Of a stretch of DNA of 64,000 bases, positions 52,226-61,268 are shown in pieces. Position 1 is the first letter of the stretch, and every line of letters begins with the position of its first letter. A program made the translations under genes and the position numbers. The notes below the pieces were generated by a model. It was given only the letters and a program-made list of their open reading frames with translations. It made no database searches and had not been told where the DNA came from. This DNA is from an uncultured bacterium (GTDB lineage Bacteria; Schekmanbacteria; GWA2-38-11; J061), in NCBI GenBank assembly GCA_964549305.1, contig CAZJVM010000001.1:46164-110163 (forward strand). The letters are read 5' to 3'.

Positions 52226-54313
52226 GTGAAGAAAATACCGGGCGCTCTTTTTGCCGTCGTGCTTCTTTTGCTGGCAGTTGTGCTGTTATACACGGTTTTA
52301 GAGGGAAAAACGGTAGTCAGACTATTCGGAATGCGGATAGTTATAACTGCAGCTTTACTGCTCAAATCTATTGCGATTGTTCTCTTTGCCGGAAATATGT
52401 CTGTCTGGAGAGGGAAAGTCGCATCGCTTATAGCCGAAAAGCTCTTCTTTTTTCCAAAAGATACCCTTGAAAATAAAATATCTTTCCTATTTACCGGAGC
52501 ATCGATTTTTCTTTGCGCCGGCATTATTCTCGGGCTTTATGACGCGTTTTTTGATCCCGAAACATTGAGACTTACTGTCTTTACTCCAATAACTGCGTCC
52601 TGGAATGAGCGGGGAGCGAGAATATTGACGCTTATCCTTTACTATTCTCTTCCCTCTTTTCTCATAGGTTTTTCAATGTCGGCATTGTCTTCTTTTGTCG
52701 TAAAAACGGAAAAAATTTCCGCATTCCTGATTTGCGGAGCATTTCTCGGATTCGCTCTTGTATTCAGGAATGTTTCTTTTATAAGAATCGAGCCAATCGG
52801 CTCGATTTCCGTGACAGATGCTATATTATATGTCGTCGTATCGCTATTTGTTCTGCTAATTGTTCCGCGTCTTCTAATAAGAGGAAGTTACTATCCTGCC
52901 GTGGTGTTGTTTTTCATCTCTGTATTTTCATTGTCTGCATTTTTTGCCGCGGAGCATTTTGAAAATAAAAAAATTGTGGAAAACGCGTCGAAAAATCACA
53001 GGAGAATTCTTTTAATTACAATGGATACGACAAGGGCGGACCATCTGAGCGTTGGTGGGTATGACTATGAAAAAAATACATCTCCCGGATTGAGGGAAAT
53101 CGGAAAAGAAGGGGTGGTTTTCAGCAGAACTTACAGTGAAGTATCTACTACGGAACCATCACACACATCTATCCTCACAGGCACGTATCCGAGGACGCAC
53201 GGACTTTTAAAAAACGGTGATAAGATAACAAATCCTAATCTTGATTTTTTGCAGTCTATTTTAAAAAGAAATGGATTTACCACTGCCGCAATTACGAGCA
53301 GAACCCTTTTTGCCGCGGAAGAACTGGGATGGCCGGAGTTCGATTATGAAAGTTATCCGAGAACGAGAAAACACAGGGCAAAAAGGCGCGAAATATTTGT
53401 CGCGGATTACGCCTTCAAAAGGGCAAAGGATTGGATAGACAAAAACTACGACAAGGATTTTTTCCTCTTTGTTCACTTTTGGGACCCGCACTGGCCATAT
53501 ATACCTCCGGCACCTTACCGGAAGAAGTTCAATTCAGGATTCAAGGGATATGAGACAAGACCTACCAAAAGGTCATTTATAAAGGAGAAGAATAAATATA
53601 AGCCCGATGAACTTGCTTATACAGTTTCCATGTATGACGGTGAAATTTCATATACGGACAAATATGTTACGAAACTTGTCAGATATCTCGAGAATAAGAT
53701 ACCCGATTCCTCTGAACGACCTCTGATAATAATCACCGCGGACCACGGTGATGTTATGGGGGAGTTGCAGGAAAAATACAGCTTTGTGTTCGACCATGGC
53801 GAAACCCTTAACTTCGGTGAGACCTATATACCGCTCATAATTAAGTGGGAAGGGCAAATAAAGGGAAATGACGTATTCGATGATTTAGTGGAAAGCGTTG
53901 ATATCGCTCCAACGGTACTTGAATTGTTAGGAATCAGGGGTAAGTATAAGTTTGACGGAAGAAGTTTTGCGTCGCTTCTCAGGGACGAAGAATATGCTCC
54001 GAAACAAGCCCTCTTTGCCCAAAAAAGGCCTTATTCCGGTCATCCCGTTGCATTCGTCAATGCTCCGGAATATGCGGTCACCACAAAAGACTGGCGCCTC
54101 ATAATAAACGAGGTAAAGGGTAATGAACTTTACGATTCGGCAAATGACATATTTGAAGAAAAGAATGTGGCCAGTGAGCATCCTGATGTGGTAGAAGAAC
54201 TTTTGGGTTTGTTCGATGAATGGAAGGATAATCATCCTCCCGCAAAGCTTTTCGAAGGAAAAATGTCAAAGAAAAAAACAGATGTACTAAAATCCCTCGG
54301 ATACATCCAGTAA
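52226..54313 (+). CDS. Multi-TM + sulfatase-like domain protein, Thr nucleophile (paralog 3)
   Basis: Same architecture; STTEPSH, HFWDPH, ADHGD; ends LKSLGYIQ. Confidence 0.87.
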   Translation: MKKIPGALFAVVLLLLAVVLLYTVLEGKTVVRLFGMRIVITAALLLKSIAIVLFAGNMSVWRGKVASLIAEKLFFFPKDTLENKISFLFTGASIFLCAGIILGLYDAFFDPETLRLTVFTPITASWNERGARILTLILYYSLPSFLIGFSMSALSSFVVKTEKISAFLICGAFLGFALVFRNVSFIRIEPIGSISVTDAILYVVVSLFVLLIVPRLLIRGSYYPAVVLFFISVFSLSAFFAAEHFENKKIVENASKNHRRILLITMDTTRADHLSVGGYDYEKNTSPGLREIGKEGVVFSRTYSEVSTTEPSHTSILTGTYPRTHGLLKNGDKITNPNLDFLQSILKRNGFTTAAITSRTLFAAEELGWPEFDYESYPRTRKHRAKRREIFVADYAFKRAKDWIDKNYDKDFFLFVHFWDPHWPYIPPAPYRKKFNSGFKGYETRPTKRSFIKEKNKYKPDELAYTVSMYDGEISYTDKYVTKLVRYLENKIPDSSERPLIIITADHGDVMGELQEKYSFVFDHGETLNFGETYIPLIIKWEGQIKGNDVFDDLVESVDIAPTVLELLGIRGKYKFDGRSFASLLRDEEYAPKQALFAQKRPYSGHPVAFVNAPEYAVTTKDWRLIINEVKGNELYDSANDIFEEKNVASEHPDVVEELLGLFDEWKDNHPPAKLFEGKMSKKKTDVLKSLGYIQ

Positions 54314-54449
54314 ATGATTGTACATTCCCCTTGTTTTTAAAACTGCTTTGACTGTAAAGAGAATTGCTGTTATAAAATTCAGTTATATATTTTGAATCCG
54401 CCTTTTCCGGAACTATAATAAAGATAATCAATTTTTGGCAGGATAGATA

Positions 54450-55238
54450 TTGGAAGACAGGATATTTCATAGAATTAAGATGATGTCCAGGTACAGGGAC
54501 TTGCTTCGCATAATAGTTGTATCCAACCTTAAAGAAAAATATATGGGTTCCGTGCTCGGTTACTTCTGGTCGCTTTTGGAACCTTTGCTTACGATGCTCA
54601 TTTACCTTTTTGTTTTTTCCATTGTAGTTAGATTTAAAGTTGAAAACTATCCGGTTTTTCTTTTAACGGGAATTCTCGCCTGGAATTTTCTTCAGATGTC
54701 CACGACTACCGCTGTTTCATCTCTCACGAGGAACTATAACCTTATTAGAAAAGTGAAAATGCCGCGGGAGTTATTTCCACTTGCGGATGTTCTGTCGAGA
54801 ATGATTGAGTATATACTGAGTCTTGCCATTTTACTCGTATTCATAATCTATTATAAAATACATCTTACGGCGAATATCATCTTTTTCCCTCTTGTGCTTG
54901 TGCTTCACTTCTTTTTTATATACGGACTGAATTTGTTTATTTCAAACCTTAATGTTCTTTTTAGAGATGTTCAGCGACTGCAGTCAGTTTTTATGAGATT
55001 CTGGTTTTATGCCACTCCCGTGATTTATCCGTCTTCAAAAGTCCCGGAGTCAATCCGCGATTATTATATGTTAAATCCAATGGCAGTAATAATAGAATCA
55101 TACCGCGCTGTGCTCCTCGGCAAACCTTTTCCCCACGCTATATACATTGTTTTCGCTTTTTTTATGGTGGGGGCAATATATATATTCGGATTGCTCTTCT
55201 TTTTGAAGAACGAAAGACTTATGCTTAAATTTATATAA
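54450..55238 (+). CDS. wzm: Polysaccharide ABC exporter permease (Wzm/TagG-like)
   Basis: KY.GSVLGYFWSLLEPL, FRDV, WFYATPVIY, LNPM. Start may be ATG 54480. Confidence 0.92.
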   Translation: MEDRIFHRIKMMSRYRDLLRIIVVSNLKEKYMGSVLGYFWSLLEPLLTMLIYLFVFSIVVRFKVENYPVFLLTGILAWNFLQMSTTTAVSSLTRNYNLIRKVKMPRELFPLADVLSRMIEYILSLAILLVFIIYYKIHLTANIIFFPLVLVLHFFFIYGLNLFISNLNVLFRDVQRLQSVFMRFWFYATPVIYPSSKVPESIRDYYMLNPMAVIIESYRAVLLGKPFPHAIYIVFAFFMVGAIYIFGLLFFLKNERLMLKFI

Positions 55239-55242
55239 AACT

Positions 55243-55989
55243 ATGGATAACAATATTGCAATCAAGACAGATGGGTTGGGGGTTAAATTTATTCTAAACC
55301 ATAAGATAAAGCAGAAAGCGGGTTCTGTGCGCTCTCTTGTTTTGACCCTGTTCAGATTCAATGACAGGAAAGAAGATTTCTGGGCGCTGAGGAATGTATC
55401 GTTTTCTGTTAAAAAGGGCGAAATCGTTGGATTAATAGGAAGAAACGGAGCCGGAAAGAGCACTCTGTTAAAGATGATAGCCGGAACTCTCATACCCGAT
55501 GAGGGTGAAATAACCACCAAAGGTTCTGTTTCGGCGCTTCTTGAGCTGGGTGCGGGATTCAGGTCGGAACTTTCCGGGAGGGAAAATATCTTTCTCAACG
55601 GCGCGATTTTGGGACTGAAACTTCATCAGATTCGGGAACGCTTTGACGACATAGTGGAGTTTGCCGGACTTGACAAATTTCTGGACCTTCAGGTTAAAAA
55701 CTATTCGTCGGGAATGAAAGCGCGTCTTGGTTTTGCCATTGCGGCGCATGTTGACGCGGACGTGCTTATAGTGGATGAAGTGCTTTCCGTTGGAGATGCT
55801 GAGTTCAGAAAAAAGTGTATGGATAAAGTAAAGGTTTTTGTTGAAGAGGGGAAAACCATAGTGTTTGTAACACACGATATGGAAATGATTAAGGAATTCT
55901 GCAGCAGGGCGATTTGGCTTGAAAAGGGAGAGGTAAAAGAAATAGACGCGCCCGATAAAATAGTTGAGAGTTATCTCGGCTCTTCCTGA
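55243..55989 (+). CDS. wzt: Polysaccharide ABC exporter ATPase (Wzt/TagH-like, no C-terminal domain)
   Basis: FWAL.NVSF, GRNGAGKSTL, YSSGMKARLGF, VDEVLSVGD.EF. Confidence 0.93.
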   Translation: MDNNIAIKTDGLGVKFILNHKIKQKAGSVRSLVLTLFRFNDRKEDFWALRNVSFSVKKGEIVGLIGRNGAGKSTLLKMIAGTLIPDEGEITTKGSVSALLELGAGFRSELSGRENIFLNGAILGLKLHQIRERFDDIVEFAGLDKFLDLQVKNYSSGMKARLGFAIAAHVDADVLIVDEVLSVGDAEFRKKCMDKVKVFVEEGKTIVFVTHDMEMIKEFCSRAIWLEKGEVKEIDAPDKIVESYLGSS

Positions 55990-56061
55990 GCGAAATTCGG
56001 CAAGGGAAGTATTTTGAGAATATTCGTTAACAATTTAGAATTTGAAGGGAGACTGTAAGGA

Positions 56062-56535
56062 ATGAGAAATCCTATAACACGCAGGGGTTATGATGAGCTT
56101 TTAAAAAAACTTGAGCAGTTAGAAAAAGTCGAAAGACCTCAAAATGTCAAAGATATAGCCGAGGCAAGAGCGCATGGCGATATAAGTGAGAACGCGGAAT
56201 TTGCCGCCGCAAAAGAGAAACAGTCATTTATAGAGGGGAAAATGGCGGAATTAAAAACAGCCATAAGCAGCGCGCAGATTATCGATGTGGGGGAAGTAGA
56301 TTCAGATGCAGTGCTTTTCGGCGCCACTGTAAACCTTGTAAATGTGGAAACCGACGAAAAACGAACTTATACTCTTGTTGGAGAGTATGAAACAAATATC
56401 GAAGAGGGGAGAATCTCAATCAACTCTCCTATTGCCAGGGCGCTTCTCAAAAAGGAGGAAGGTGATGTAGTTGAAGTCAACGCGCCCGGTGGCAAATATG
56501 AATATGAAATTCTGAAAATAGGATATAAGGGATAG
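56062..56535 (+). CDS. greA: Transcription elongation factor GreA
   Basis: ARAHGDISENAEF.AAKE.Q, ISINSPIARALL.K.EGD.V.V.APGG. Confidence 0.96.
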   Translation: MRNPITRRGYDELLKKLEQLEKVERPQNVKDIAEARAHGDISENAEFAAAKEKQSFIEGKMAELKTAISSAQIIDVGEVDSDAVLFGATVNLVNVETDEKRTYTLVGEYETNIEEGRISINSPIARALLKKEEGDVVEVNAPGGKYEYEILKIGYKG

Positions 56536-56744
56536 AAATTTATCAGGAATTCATTATTGTTTTTTTGTCATTAATACGCTTCTTTAAACGCGGATTACAA
56601 CTGTCGGAAATCTGAACATTTTTTCCTTCGATAAATCAATGAGTTGCTTTTATTTCCTGAAAAATGTCGAAAAAATAAACACTTTTTGAATACGCTTTTT
56701 ATTGTATTGCCGATAATAGCTCGAAAAATCAAAAGGTTGCACTT

Positions 56745-56761
56745 TTGGCATAAAAATTGCA
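56745..56761 (+). promoter_or_regulatory. sigma54 (-24/-12) promoter upstream of the AraC-family gene
   Basis: TTGGCATAAAAATTGCA: GG-N10-GC, close to the TGGCAC-N5-TTGC consensus, in intergenic DNA. Confidence 0.7.
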
Positions 56762-56894
56762 AGATGTTACACAAGAGAGAAAATATGAAATATTCCCGTT
56801 CCCATTCAGCTACAATCTAAAAGAAGATATTCCTGTTTTTCCATTCATTGCGCCGTTGAAAACAGATAATTCATATCTTTTCGGCAGGGAAAAA

Positions 56895-57698
56895 ATGAGA
56901 AAGGAAAACAAACTAAATATTCTTGTCCTTGGAGAATGCTTTAACCGTTTCACCCCTCAGATTAACGCCTTAAAAGACAAATGCGTCTTTCATTTTTATG
57001 AAAAGCGGTCAGATTTTCTCAGGGATAAAACTGACAATGAATATTCTATCGTCATTTTTCATTTCAGAAAAATAAGCGATAAAAATGTTGCCTTTATAAG
57101 AAGATGCACCGGTATCTTCTCCGGTGAAACAATCATCGTGTTGTGTGAAAAGATTTCCAAGATAGATATGTGCCTGCTATTCAGATTGGGTGTCAGAGAT
57201 ATTCTTGAGCAGTCTTTCAGAAAGGATATAAACCTTAAAGAGGTAGTAGAGAGAATTAATCTGATTCACCTACGGCAAAAGAAAGAAAACGAATTCAGGG
57301 GCAATTCCGCTGATTCATTCCTGCGGAGATATTTGCAGTCCCGTAAAGACTTTCCCGTTGACGAAAGGATAGATAACGCCAAGGAATACATAGAAAAGAA
57401 TTACGATACTGAAATCAATCTTGAAACCGCGGCGCAGGTTGCCTGTATGAGTAAATACCATTTTTGCCGCACATTCAAAAAAATCGAGAGCGTTTCATTC
57501 AGCAACTATGTTAACCACCTTCGAATAAAGAAGGCAAAAAAACTTCTGAGCGGAACAAAAACTTCAATATCGGATATTGCCTTTGAGGTCGGTTTTCTAT
57601 CACTTTCGCATTTTACAAATCTTTTCAAGGAATCCGAACATATATCCCCCGGAAAATATAGAAAAAAGGCCCTGTCGGGCAATTTTCTCCCCTTTTAG
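56895..57698 (+). CDS. AraC-family regulator with degenerate receiver-like N-domain
   Basis: C-terminal YIEKNY...LE.AA..ACMSKYHFCRTFK...RIKKAK.LL...ISDIAFEVGF...HF...FK.....P..YR. ATG 56895 chosen because the ORF-track start 56757 lies inside the sigma54 site. Confidence 0.88.
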   Translation: MRKENKLNILVLGECFNRFTPQINALKDKCVFHFYEKRSDFLRDKTDNEYSIVIFHFRKISDKNVAFIRRCTGIFSGETIIVLCEKISKIDMCLLFRLGVRDILEQSFRKDINLKEVVERINLIHLRQKKENEFRGNSADSFLRRYLQSRKDFPVDERIDNAKEYIEKNYDTEINLETAAQVACMSKYHFCRTFKKIESVSFSNYVNHLRIKKAKKLLSGTKTSISDIAFEVGFLSLSHFTNLFKESEHISPGKYRKKALSGNFLPF

Positions 57699-57775
57699 GT
57701 CTTGGCAGTCTTCTTGTGACAAATAATTAATATCAGGTTTTTAATCGTTTATCCCTTTCCCCGGCTTTTTCTGAA

Positions 57776-57839
57776 AGCAATATTCAGCAAAAAAAATAGC
57801 AATATTCTGGTTGAATACGCCTTCTTTCAAGAGCATATT
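57776..57839 (+). promoter_or_regulatory. Direct repeat operator plus sigma70-like promoter upstream of the Kelch-cytochrome gene
   Basis: AGCAATATTC at 57776 and 57798 (22-bp period), directly upstream of TTGAAT-N17-CATATT. Confidence 0.55.
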
Positions 57840-57973
57840 TATCACGTATATGACTGCCAATAGACAGCTATTCAAGTCTTTAAATCAGGAGGGAGGTGAT
57901 AACAATTTAAACTGGATTATGCGCTAATCTTTAACGCAGTTAACTTTAAAGATTAAAGGAGCGGGAAACAGAC

Positions 57974-60322
57974 ATGAAAAGAATTATTTTTAACAAAACG
58001 CTATGGATGTATTTTTGCTGTATCATCATTATTGGCGCCGGGGGAATACTCGCGAACATCTATATGAGTGATGCAGTATGCCGTGCTCCCTCCGCGTGTG
58101 TGGAATGCCACGACATCATAGGAAACACTCCGGATATTATAGGTAACGCCGCGGGTTCCTGCGAACGGGGCGATTTCATTTTAGGTCCCGCGCTGACGAG
58201 CAACAGATTCATACACAGACCCGCAAAGCTGAATGACGGCAGAGTGCTGCTCACCGGAGGCGCCCATTTTCTTGGCGGAGTAACAGACACAGCGGATATA
58301 TACAATCCCGCAGCAAACACAATGACACCTGCCGCGCCTATGAACAGTGTAAGATGGTCTCATACGGCAACTACTCTGAATAACGGGAAGGTACTTGTTG
58401 CAGGCGGAAGAATTAAATGGGGCGGACCGTTCCCGGTATTGACCAGCGCCGAACTTTATGACCCTTCAACGGACACGTGGACATTGACAGGTTCTATGAA
58501 TGTTCCCAGGAGAAGCCATACGGCAACTCTTCTTCCAGACGGCAGGGTGTTTATAGCTGGCGGCGGCGACGCGACGAGCACGAGTGCCGAGATGCCCATC
58601 GACTCCTGTGAGATTTACGATCCTTCAACAGGAACATTTTCCCTTGTGGGTAATATGACAACTCCGAGACTTGCCCATACAAACACGCTTCTTGATAACG
58701 GAACGGTTCTCATCACCGGAGGTTCAAACGGTTTGAGTACCCGTTATCCCACCAACCTTGCGGAGATATATGACCCATCTGACGACAGCTTTACAGCCGT
58801 GGGACCTATGAACTTCTCTCATCTCGCGCAGGCGGCAACAAAAATGAGAGATGGAAGGGTACTTATTGCGGCAGGATACTACAACCCGACACATGCCGCG
58901 CAGGGAGGCGGAATCATTACGACTGAATGTGAAATTTACGACCCCGTAACGCAAACGTTCACTCCTACGGCATCGATGTTCAAACAGCGCATCGATATCG
59001 GCGGTCAGCTTCTTCTTGACGGGACCGTACTTATTGCCGGCGGTGTTTCCACAAGCGCCGTGCATCAGACATTTTTCCAGCCAACCACTGAAATATTCAA
59101 TCCCGACACGGAAGAGTGGAAACTCTCCGGAATTATGAATGACGGAAGAGATGAATTCAGCGGAGTGCTTCTCAATGACGGCAGAGCCCTGATTACGGGC
59201 GGCTTTAACCTTTCGCCGGGACCGACTCTTCTTAATACAGTGGAAATCTATACACCGGGTATGGAAGAGCAGGTTAACGGTCTGAGAAACGTCATTAATG
59301 ACATTCCCTCATCATCTCTTAAAGGTAATAAAAGCAGGAAAACGCTTCTCAAACTTCTCGACAAGACAGGAAAGAAATTAAGGCACAAGGAAAAAGAAGC
59401 AGATGATGACGATGATGAAGAAGATGATGATGACAATGTGGGCGGAGGAATACCGGGAGGCGCCGACGGGCATCATACGGTAAGCAATGACGGCTTTTAC
59501 CATAGGCCTGAAATGTTTTATGCCGAAGAAGTTTGCGCTGCATGCCACGGCGCGGACCTTACGGGAGACTTAGGTCCTTCCTGCTACAGCTGTCACGGAG
59601 CTAAGTGGACCAAGGACGATGTAAAAACAAAGGACCTTTTAAAAGCGCTTCAAAATGCCAATAAGCTTTTGGAGAAAGTTAATGAAGAGATAACTGACGA
59701 AGCTTCAAAAGCAAATACGGCAGACATAGTTCAGATACTCATCAATACATTGACACTTGCGACAACACCGAACAGTCTTCCAACGGTAACTGCAACGGCA
59801 ACGCCTTCAACGGGTACCGAACCTCTTTCGGTAAGCTTTGCGGCAACTGCTTCGGACAGCGACGGCACCGTCGATTTTTACAAGTGGAGTTTCGGTGACG
59901 GCAAGACAAGCAACGCGGCAAATCCGACGCATTCATACAATTGCGACGGAACATACCTTGCAACAGTAAAAGTGTGGGATAACAGAGGCGCAACGGCAGA
60001 GGCAACTGTGCAGATAGATGTTGCCTCGGCAGGTGGCGGCCTGAGTTATGCCTGTGACGTGCAGCTGGTTTTCGATAAATTCTGCGTTGGCTGTCACGGT
60101 TCATCTGCAGGATTGAATTTGCAGAACTGCAATAACCTTCAGGCAGGAAGCGATTTCGGGCCGGTTATCGTTCCGGGAAATTCCGCGGCAAGCACCCTTT
60201 ATCAGGAAATATCTACAGGCGCTATGCCTCCGGGACCTACAAATGTCCCTGCGCAGGATGTAGCTAACATAGCGGCGTGGATTGACAGTTTAAATCCTCT
60301 TGACCCTAATTTCTGCGACTGA
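57974..60322 (+). CDS. Exported seven-bladed Kelch propeller / tetraheme c-type cytochrome / PKD protein
   Basis: N-terminal hydrophobic anchor; 7 Kelch repeats (R..H....L.DG.V...GG...EIYDP); CXXCH x4 (CVECH, CAACH, CYSCH, CVGCH); PKD motif WSFGDG. Confidence 0.85.
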   Translation: MKRIIFNKTLWMYFCCIIIIGAGGILANIYMSDAVCRAPSACVECHDIIGNTPDIIGNAAGSCERGDFILGPALTSNRFIHRPAKLNDGRVLLTGGAHFLGGVTDTADIYNPAANTMTPAAPMNSVRWSHTATTLNNGKVLVAGGRIKWGGPFPVLTSAELYDPSTDTWTLTGSMNVPRRSHTATLLPDGRVFIAGGGDATSTSAEMPIDSCEIYDPSTGTFSLVGNMTTPRLAHTNTLLDNGTVLITGGSNGLSTRYPTNLAEIYDPSDDSFTAVGPMNFSHLAQAATKMRDGRVLIAAGYYNPTHAAQGGGIITTECEIYDPVTQTFTPTASMFKQRIDIGGQLLLDGTVLIAGGVSTSAVHQTFFQPTTEIFNPDTEEWKLSGIMNDGRDEFSGVLLNDGRALITGGFNLSPGPTLLNTVEIYTPGMEEQVNGLRNVINDIPSSSLKGNKSRKTLLKLLDKTGKKLRHKEKEADDDDDEEDDDDNVGGGIPGGADGHHTVSNDGFYHRPEMFYAEEVCAACHGADLTGDLGPSCYSCHGAKWTKDDVKTKDLLKALQNANKLLEKVNEEITDEASKANTADIVQILINTLTLATTPNSLPTVTATATPSTGTEPLSVSFAATASDSDGTVDFYKWSFGDGKTSNAANPTHSYNCDGTYLATVKVWDNRGATAEATVQIDVASAGGGLSYACDVQLVFDKFCVGCHGSSAGLNLQNCNNLQAGSDFGPVIVPGNSAASTLYQEISTGAMPPGPTNVPAQDVANIAAWIDSLNPLDPNFCD

Positions 60323-60348
60323 GATTAGGAGTTTTTATCAGGCAGTTC

Positions 60349-60379
60349 AAAGCCGGGGCTTAACACCCCGGCTTTTTTT
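60349..60379 (+). terminator. Rho-independent terminator
   Basis: AAAGCCGGGG-cttaaca-CCCCGGCTTT stem-loop followed by a T tract, just after the stop at 60322. Confidence 0.9.
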
Positions 60380-60497
60380 ATTGAGTCGAAGATCGAAACG
60401 CTGTCTTTTTATCCTCTTTTTCTAAAACTTTCTTGACACAAAAGCCCCGCGCAAACTATACCTTGTGAATTAATCAAAAGATAAAGGACTCAATATT

Positions 60498-61268
60498 ATG
60501 AAAAATGCTCTTATCCTTGCCGCGGGTCTGGGCAAGCGCCTTATGCCACTCACGGAAAGCAAACCAAAATGCCTTGTGGACGTTGGAGGAAAGCCTCTGC
60601 TTTATTATTCCATCGAGCAGCTTTTAGAAACCGACGTAAATCAGATAACAATTGTGACAGGATACAGAGAGGAAACGATTCAACCGTTTATCATAGAAAA
60701 TTTCGGCCAAAGCGCTGGTGTCTTCAGTTTCATTTACAATGAGGAGTATGCGTCTAAAAATAACCTTCATTCCGTTTTTATAGCCAGGGAGATGTTTGAT
60801 GATGAAACTATTCTGTTAAACTCGGACATTCTTTATCATCCGTCGATTTTAAGGAACGCCGTAAATGCTCTCAATGGTCTTCCGGACTCCTTTCTTGTTG
60901 TTGATAATTTCAAAGCGCTCGCGCAAGAGGAGATGAAAATCCGCCTCGATAAGAATAGTGACGGCAAAATCGCTGAAATCGGCAAATGGCTTCTTCCCGA
61001 AGAAAGTTACGGCGAATACATAGGTATTCTTCATTTAAAGGGGGAGGGAAGGGAGATTTTTTTTGATGAAGCCGATAGAATGCTTTATAATGGAGAAACT
61101 GACAAATATTACGAAGATGCCCTACACAAGGTGTGTGACAGAATATCGCTTCTCACCGTTTCCACAGGGAACAAACCCTGGACGGAAATCGATGATTTTA
61201 AAGACCTTGAAAAGGCAAAAATCATTATTAAAGAAATAAAGGGAAATAATCAGAAAGATGTATCTTAG
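60498..61268 (+). CDS. Nucleotidyltransferase (LicC / polyol-phosphate cytidylyltransferase-like)
   Basis: ALILAAGLGKRL.PLT...PKCL, NNLHS, LNSD, EEMK, GEYIG, WTEIDD..DL. Confidence 0.88.
   Translation: MKNALILAAGLGKRLMPLTESKPKCLVDVGGKPLLYYSIEQLLETDVNQITIVTGYREETIQPFIIENFGQSAGVFSFIYNEEYASKNNLHSVFIAREMFDDETILLNSDILYHPSILRNAVNALNGLPDSFLVVDNFKALAQEEMKIRLDKNSDGKIAEIGKWLLPEESYGEYIGILHLKGEGREIFFDEADRMLYNGETDKYYEDALHKVCDRISLLTVSTGNKPWTEIDDFKDLEKAKIIIKEIKGNNQKDVS

Noticed and set aside
58200-59260. Recurring DNA words (e.g. GACGGCAG, TACGA.CC) suggesting a repeat array
   Set aside because: Explained by Kelch repeat coding.
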